Source: Candidatus Dormiibacterota bacterium (GTDB lineage: Bacteria > Chloroflexota > Dormibacteria > Dormibacterales > Dormibacteraceae). From it: DNA of 40,580 nt. Both the position numbers and the translations under genes were made by a program. Positions 36,658 through 40,580 of the stretch are shown here, piece after piece. Numbering within the stretch: the stretch's first letter is position 1; every line of letters starts with the position of its first letter. The stretch covers positions 1-40,580 of the forward strand of contig CATPBF010000009.1 of the NCBI GenBank assembly GCA_955652585.1, written 5' to 3'. The notes under the pieces were generated by a model. The model ran no database searches and had not been told where the DNA came from. It worked only from the letters and a program-made list of their open reading frames with translations.

Positions 36658-37385
36658 CGCGACACCTCCTCGCCGCGGACGCGGATCACCTCAGAGGCAG
36701 TCCGGTCCGGGCTCTCGAGGCGCGCGTCGTCGACGATCTTCCCGTCCATCACGCTGATCACCCGCGCTGCGTGACGCGTCGCCAGCTTGGCGTCGTGCGT
36801 GACGAGCAGGATCGTCTGCCCGTGGCGGTGGAGTTCACCCAGGAGCTCCATCACCTGATCCCCGGTGTGCGTGTCGAGCGCGCCGGTGGGCTCGTCGGCG
36901 AGCAGCAGCGTCGGATTGTTGATCAGGGCGCGGGCGATCGCCACGCGCTGCTGCTGTCCGCCGGAAAGGAGCGCCGGATACCTGTCCGCCACTTCCTTGA
37001 TGGCGAGCTGCTCCAGCAGCTCGCGCGCGCGCCCAGGCACGACGTTGCCTTTGAGCTGCGCGGGGATGAGGATGTTCTCGAGCGCGGTCAGGTTCGGCAG
37101 CAAATAGAAGAACTGGAACACGAAGCCGATGTGGTCGCGCCGAAATCTGGCCAGGCCGGCCTCCCCGAGCTTGCCGAGATCTGTGCCACCCACCGTGACG
37201 GTGCCCGAGCTCGGCCGGTCCAGCCCGGCGACCAGGTTGAGCATGGTGGACTTGCCGCTGCCGGAAGGGCCCATGATCGCGGCGAACTCGCCCTTCTCCA
37301 CGGCGACCGAGACGCCGTTGAGGGCGCCGGTGATCCCACCCTGATACACCTTGGTGACTTCGGTGAGCCGGACCAGCTCGCTCAT
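36654..37385 (-). CDS. ABC transporter ATP-binding protein (MacB/LolD-like)
   Basis: Walker [11 protein letters not shown]-loop, signature [15 protein letters not shown], Walker [13 protein letters not shown]. The ATG at 37385 forms an ATGA overlap with the padR stop. Confidence 0.9.
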   Translation of the reverse strand: MSELVRLTEVTKVYQGGITGALNGVSVAVEKGEFAAIMGPSGSGKSTMLNLVAGLDRPSSGTVTVGGTDLGKLGEAGLARFRRDHIGFVFQFFYLLPNLTALENILIPAQLKGNVVPGRARELLEQLAIKEVADRYPALLSGGQQQRVAIARALINNPTLLLADEPTGALDTHTGDQVMELLGELHRHGQTILLVTHDAKLATRHAARVISVMDGKIVDDARLESPDRTASEVIRVRGEEVSR

Positions 37386-37915
37386 TTCGTGCTTGCCCGC
37401 TCCGCCCCGAAACGTTCTGAAGAAAGCTCGTCTATCCATTTGAGGTCTGCCTCCGTGTGAAGTAGTGCGCCGCGTACGAGCCGCGCCAGGTCGATTCGGC
37501 CGTCACGGCGAGCCCGTTCTTCCAGCCGGTTGAGATCCCGCAAGCGCTGTAGATAGGTGCGCTTCTGGCGAGCGAGGATTCCGTCCAGGTCGCCGTTCGC
37601 GATGCGGGTCGCGAGCAGGAGTTTCACGTAGATGTCCTCGTGCAGCTGCTGTGGCCCAGAGTCAGGCTGGGCGAGCCACTGCTTGAGCGCCTTCTGGCCC
37701 TCGGGCGAGAGCTCGTAGAGGAGCTTTCCGCGATCGCCGCGCGGACCAGCAGGCCGCACGAGCCCGTCCCGCTCGAGGCGCTGGAGCGTCGTATAGATCT
37801 GGCCGATATTGACTTCCCAGGTCCCACCCAACATCGCCTCAAACCGGTTTTTCACCTCATAGCCGTGGAGCGACTCCTCCGCGAGGAGCCCCATCACGCC
37901 GTACTTAAGCGACAA
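37382..37915 (-). CDS. padR: PadR family transcriptional regulator
   Basis: Winged-helix N-domain GLLAEESLHGYEV...GQIYTTLQRLERDGLV plus a C-terminal coiled-coil dimerisation domain. Confidence 0.9.
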   Translation of the reverse strand: MSLKYGVMGLLAEESLHGYEVKNRFEAMLGGTWEVNIGQIYTTLQRLERDGLVRPAGPRGDRGKLLYELSPEGQKALKQWLAQPDSGPQQLHEDIYVKLLLATRIANGDLDGILARQKRTYLQRLRDLNRLEERARRDGRIDLARLVRGALLHTEADLKWIDELSSERFGAERASTK

Positions 37916-37927
37916 CTCGCTCTCTTA

Positions 37928-37975
37928 CATACACAGTATGCATGCTTAGTATGCATACCCGGTTCGCCCTGTCAA
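37928..37975 (-). promoter_or_regulatory. padR promoter (TTGACA-N16-CATACT) overlapped by a nested CATAC/GTATG palindrome array
   Basis: An AT-rich island. The minus strand reads TTGACA GGGCGAACCGGGTATG CATACT.... The plus strand reads CATAC-ACA-GTATGCATGC-TTA-GTATGCATAC, where GTATGCATAC is a perfect 10-bp palindrome. Confidence 0.5.
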
Positions 37976-38057
37976 GCCCCATATCTGTCGGACCATCGCC
38001 CGCGACGTCGAAGTCGGTGCGCCGGTGGCGGACGGTGGGTCGAAGTTTGGTGGCGGG

Positions 38058-39953
38058 TCAGCTCCGGCTGAGGTAGCCGTCGTGCCACAGCTCGAAGACG
38101 AACAGGGTCCACAGCTGCTTGCGATTGTCGCGTCGGCCGGACAGGTGGTCTCCGATCAACATCGCCACCGCCGCCGGATCGAAAAACCCCTTGCGCGCCA
38201 CGCGCTTGGGCGACAGGACCGACAGCATCTGCTCCTTGAGCGGGCCGCGAAACCAGTTGGCGACCGGGATCCCGAAGCCTTTCTTTGGTCGATTGAGGAT
38301 GCTGTCCGGCAGCAGGCCGCGCAGCGCGCGCTTGAAAAGGAACTTCGAGCGCAGGCCGCGCAGCTTCATGTCCAGCGGAAGGCTCGTCGCGTACTCGACG
38401 AAGTCGTTGTTGAGCAGCGGGACGCGACCCTCGAGCGAGGCCATCATGCTGGCACGGTCCAGCTTGACCAGGATGTCGTTCTCGAGGTACAGCCGCATGT
38501 CCATCAAGAGGACCTCGTTGAGCGGTTCGCGCCGCCCAGCGCCGTCGTGGTCGGCAAGCGCCACGTGCGCGCTCGAGGCCAGCTGATCGCGGAGCTCCGC
38601 CGACAGCAGTGCCGTCCTTTCCTCGGCCGCGAACGATCCCATCCAGCGCTGGTGCCGCTCTGGCAAAGGATGCGCGGCGCCGCTGACAAACCGCTTGGCG
38701 CGGAAGTCGAAGCTCAGGTTGTCGCGCGAAACCGGCAGCCGCCGCACGACCGGCTCGATGAGGCCCCTGCGGAGCATCCTCGGGGTGCGGTTGTAGTAGC
38801 CGGCAAGCCGGTGCGCCTGCACGGTGGGATAGCCCGCGAACAGCTCGTCGCCGCCGTCGCCACCGAGTGCGACCTTCACATGGCCCCGAGTGAACGCCGA
38901 CAGCAGATAAGTGGGAATGATGGAGGCGTCGCCGAGCGGCTCGTCGAGCAGGACCGGGAGCTTGGGAATGAGGTCGAGCAGCATTGACGGCTCGAGGGTC
39001 AGCTCGTGATGGTCGGTGCCGAGATGCGCGGCCACCTGGCGCGCATGACGCGACTCGTCGAAGGAGCGCTCGGTAAATCCCACCGAGAAGCTCTTCACGT
39101 CGCCGCCCAGCTGGGACATCATCGCGGTCACGGCGCTGGAGTCGATCCCGCCTGAAAGGAACACGCCGAGCGGGACGTCGCTGATGAGCTCCTTGCGGAC
39201 CGACTCACGCAACACCTCGCGCAGCTCCTCACAACGCTCCTCGAGACGAGGCCTGCGCGATCCAGCCTCCTCCTCACCCAGCGTCGGCGACCAGTAGCGG
39301 TGAAGGCGGTGGATCCCGCTGCCCAGCCACCACTCGAGCGTGTGGGCGGGCGGAAGCTTGCTGATGCCGTGCACGATGCTGCGCGGAGAGGGCACGAACT
39401 CGTACGCGAGATACTCGTCCAGCGCGACGGGGTCGAGGTCCCTTCGTAGGACGGGGTCGCACAGCAGCGCCTTGAGCTCGGAGGCGAACACGAGGCGGCG
39501 GCCGTCGACCGCGTAATGCAGCGGCTTGATCCCCATGCGGTCTCGAGCCAGAAACACGCGCCCCCGGCGGAGGTCGAGCACCGCGAACGCGAACATCCCG
39601 TTCAACCGCTCGACGAGCCTCTCCCCCCACTCCTCGTAGCCGTGAACGAGGACCTCGGTGTCGGACTGGGTGGTGAACGAATGGCCGGCCACCACCAGCA
39701 GTTTGCGCAGCTCGAGATGGTTGTAGATCTCGCCGTTCTGAACGACCCAGATCGTCGAGTCCTCGTTGTGGATGGGCTGGTGGCCACCCTGGACGTCGAT
39801 GATCGAGAGGCGGCGCATGCCGAGAGTCACTCCGTCGCGGTGGATGCTCCCGTCGTCATCGGGGCCCCGATGCACCATCGCCGCGCACATCCGTCCCACG
39901 AGCTCGCGCCCCGCGTCCGGATCTTCACCGGCGACCCCGCAGATCCCACACAC
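38058..39953 (-). CDS. asnB: asparagine synthase (glutamine-hydrolysing) family amidotransferase
   Basis: N-terminal MCGICG nucleophile, RGPDD, and the PP-loop SGGIDSS in the synthetase domain. Its GTG start shares 1 nt with the stop of the upstream GT2 gene. Confidence 0.9.
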   Translation of the reverse strand: MCGICGVAGEDPDAGRELVGRMCAAMVHRGPDDDGSIHRDGVTLGMRRLSIIDVQGGHQPIHNEDSTIWVVQNGEIYNHLELRKLLVVAGHSFTTQSDTEVLVHGYEEWGERLVERLNGMFAFAVLDLRRGRVFLARDRMGIKPLHYAVDGRRLVFASELKALLCDPVLRRDLDPVALDEYLAYEFVPSPRSIVHGISKLPPAHTLEWWLGSGIHRLHRYWSPTLGEEEAGSRRPRLEERCEELREVLRESVRKELISDVPLGVFLSGGIDSSAVTAMMSQLGGDVKSFSVGFTERSFDESRHARQVAAHLGTDHHELTLEPSMLLDLIPKLPVLLDEPLGDASIIPTYLLSAFTRGHVKVALGGDGGDELFAGYPTVQAHRLAGYYNRTPRMLRRGLIEPVVRRLPVSRDNLSFDFRAKRFVSGAAHPLPERHQRWMGSFAAEERTALLSAELRDQLASSAHVALADHDGAGRREPLNEVLLMDMRLYLENDILVKLDRASMMASLEGRVPLLNNDFVEYATSLPLDMKLRGLRSKFLFKRALRGLLPDSILNRPKKGFGIPVANWFRGPLKEQMLSVLSPKRVARKGFFDPAAVAMLIGDHLSGRRDNRKQLWTLFVFELWHDGYLSRS

Positions 39954-40580
39954 TAAGAGGAGGTCCGGACGGTGGGTCTCCCGTTCGTCGCCACCTTTCG
40001 GTGGGATGGCGACCTTTCGATCACCTCGCGAACGACGTACGTGGTCTTGCCCTGCGACTCGTGGTAGGTCCGGATCGAAAGCTCAGCCAGCAGCCCCATC
40101 AGGATGAACTGGACGCCCACGATGGCGAGGAACACCGCGAGCAGCAAGAGCGGGTTGTTGTGCGCGTACGGATACGGGGGCAGGAGCTTCTGGATGATGA
40201 CTATGGCTGCAAAGACCAGTGCCAGCGCCCAAAGGCCGAAGGCGGCGAACCCGAAGAAGTAGATGGGCTTGGTCGAGTAGCTGCCGAGCAACTTGACCGT
40301 CATCAGGTCGAGCAGCACGCGAGAGGTGCGCGCCAGGGAGTACTTCGACTTGCCGAACGAACGTGGGCGGTGGTTGACGGGCAGCTCCACGATCCGCGCT
40401 CCGACCCACGACGCGTACACGGGTATGAATCGGTGCATTTCGCCATAGAGCTTCACGTCCTGGATGACCTCGCGGCGGTACGCCTTGAGAGTGCAGCCGA
40501 AATCGTTGAGCGGGACGCCGGTAACGCGGGCGATGATCCAGTTGGCGATCTTCGAAGGAAGCACGCGTGCTGCATCGTCC
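39953..40580 (-). CDS. family 2 glycosyltransferase (GtrB/ArnC/polyprenol-phosphate type); 5' end off the window
   Basis: Only the C-terminal part is seen: DFGCTLKAYRREV...MHRFIP...VNHRPR..GKSKY, followed by two membrane helices. Confidence 0.85.
   Translation of the reverse strand, partial: DDAARVLPSKIANWIIARVTGVPLNDFGCTLKAYRREVIQDVKLYGEMHRFIPVYASWVGARIVELPVNHRPRSFGKSKYSLARTSRVLLDLMTVKLLGSYSTKPIYFFGFAAFGLWALALVFAAIVIIQKLLPPYPYAHNNPLLLLAVFLAIVGVQFILMGLLAELSIRTYHESQGKTTYVVREVIERSPSHRKVATNGRPTVRTSS

Noticed and set aside
32418-37975. Possible genomic island integrated at tRNA-Ala (methyltransferase, YjbR, DUF4389, ABC, PadR)
   Set aside because: I found no integrase or recombinase, no repeat of the tRNA 3' end downstream, and no visible compositional shift apart from the short padR promoter island.

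Overview
This is a gene-dense, high-GC bacterial chromosomal segment (roughly two-thirds G+C by eye). Most genes are housekeeping genes on the minus strand. Recognisable genes, in order along the window:
- Left third: a partial alpha/beta hydrolase, an RDD membrane protein, glyQS, a VOC/glyoxalase protein, recO, a CNNM/CorC transporter, prs and glmU.
- Then a Tat-signal mini-protein plus a DUF4331 pair, a lipoprotein, lon and a DUF559 protein.
- Then a gamma-CA/ispE/murT/gatD operon, and rpsT convergent (3' ends facing) with the comEA-comEC-holA operon.
- Then tRNA-Gln, a small lipoprotein, leuS (read in frame from an upstream EamA transporter), a HIT protein, an amidohydrolase and an acyl-CoA dehydrogenase.
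- Then a 32-codon bS22-type micro-ORF that is absent from the ORF track, LemA, a two-HKD PLD-family lipoprotein, a DUF62 SAM hydrolase and a YuiH-type molybdoenzyme.
- Finally tRNA-Ala, a methyltransferase, YjbR, a padR-ABC-DUF4389 operon, asnB and a partial GT2 glycosyltransferase.

I saw no rRNA, CRISPR array, integrase or transposase. The gene content (MurT/GatD, the com-holA/rpsT layout, bS22, starts that look leaderless) suggests a Terrabacteria lineage, Actinomycetota- or Chloroflexota-like. That cannot be settled without a database search.

The most interesting signal is a 17-nt box, CCTTAACAGGCTGGGTT. It occurs four times, always in the sense orientation just downstream of a gene end. 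In each copy a -10-like hexamer follows after 21-22 nt. In three copies a start codon with no Shine-Dalgarno (SD) sequence follows 34-38 nt after the box. Those three downstream genes are the comEA-comEC-holA operon, the secreted PLD/Nuc-superfamily lipoprotein and the DUF559 nuclease-fold protein. This is a candidate DNA-uptake regulon, and it is notable that the ComEC here has a degenerate metallo-beta-lactamase motif.

Other points:
- EamA and LeuRS are joined in frame with no stop codon.
- A REP-like C/G hairpin element supplies C-terminal tails and stop codons to genes.
- A Tat-signal partner sits upstream of a DUF4331 protein that has no signal peptide.
- ribosomal protein S20 and Lon carry basic C-terminal extensions.
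- A nested palindrome lies at the padR promoter.

All functional calls come from reading the translations by eye. No searches were run.
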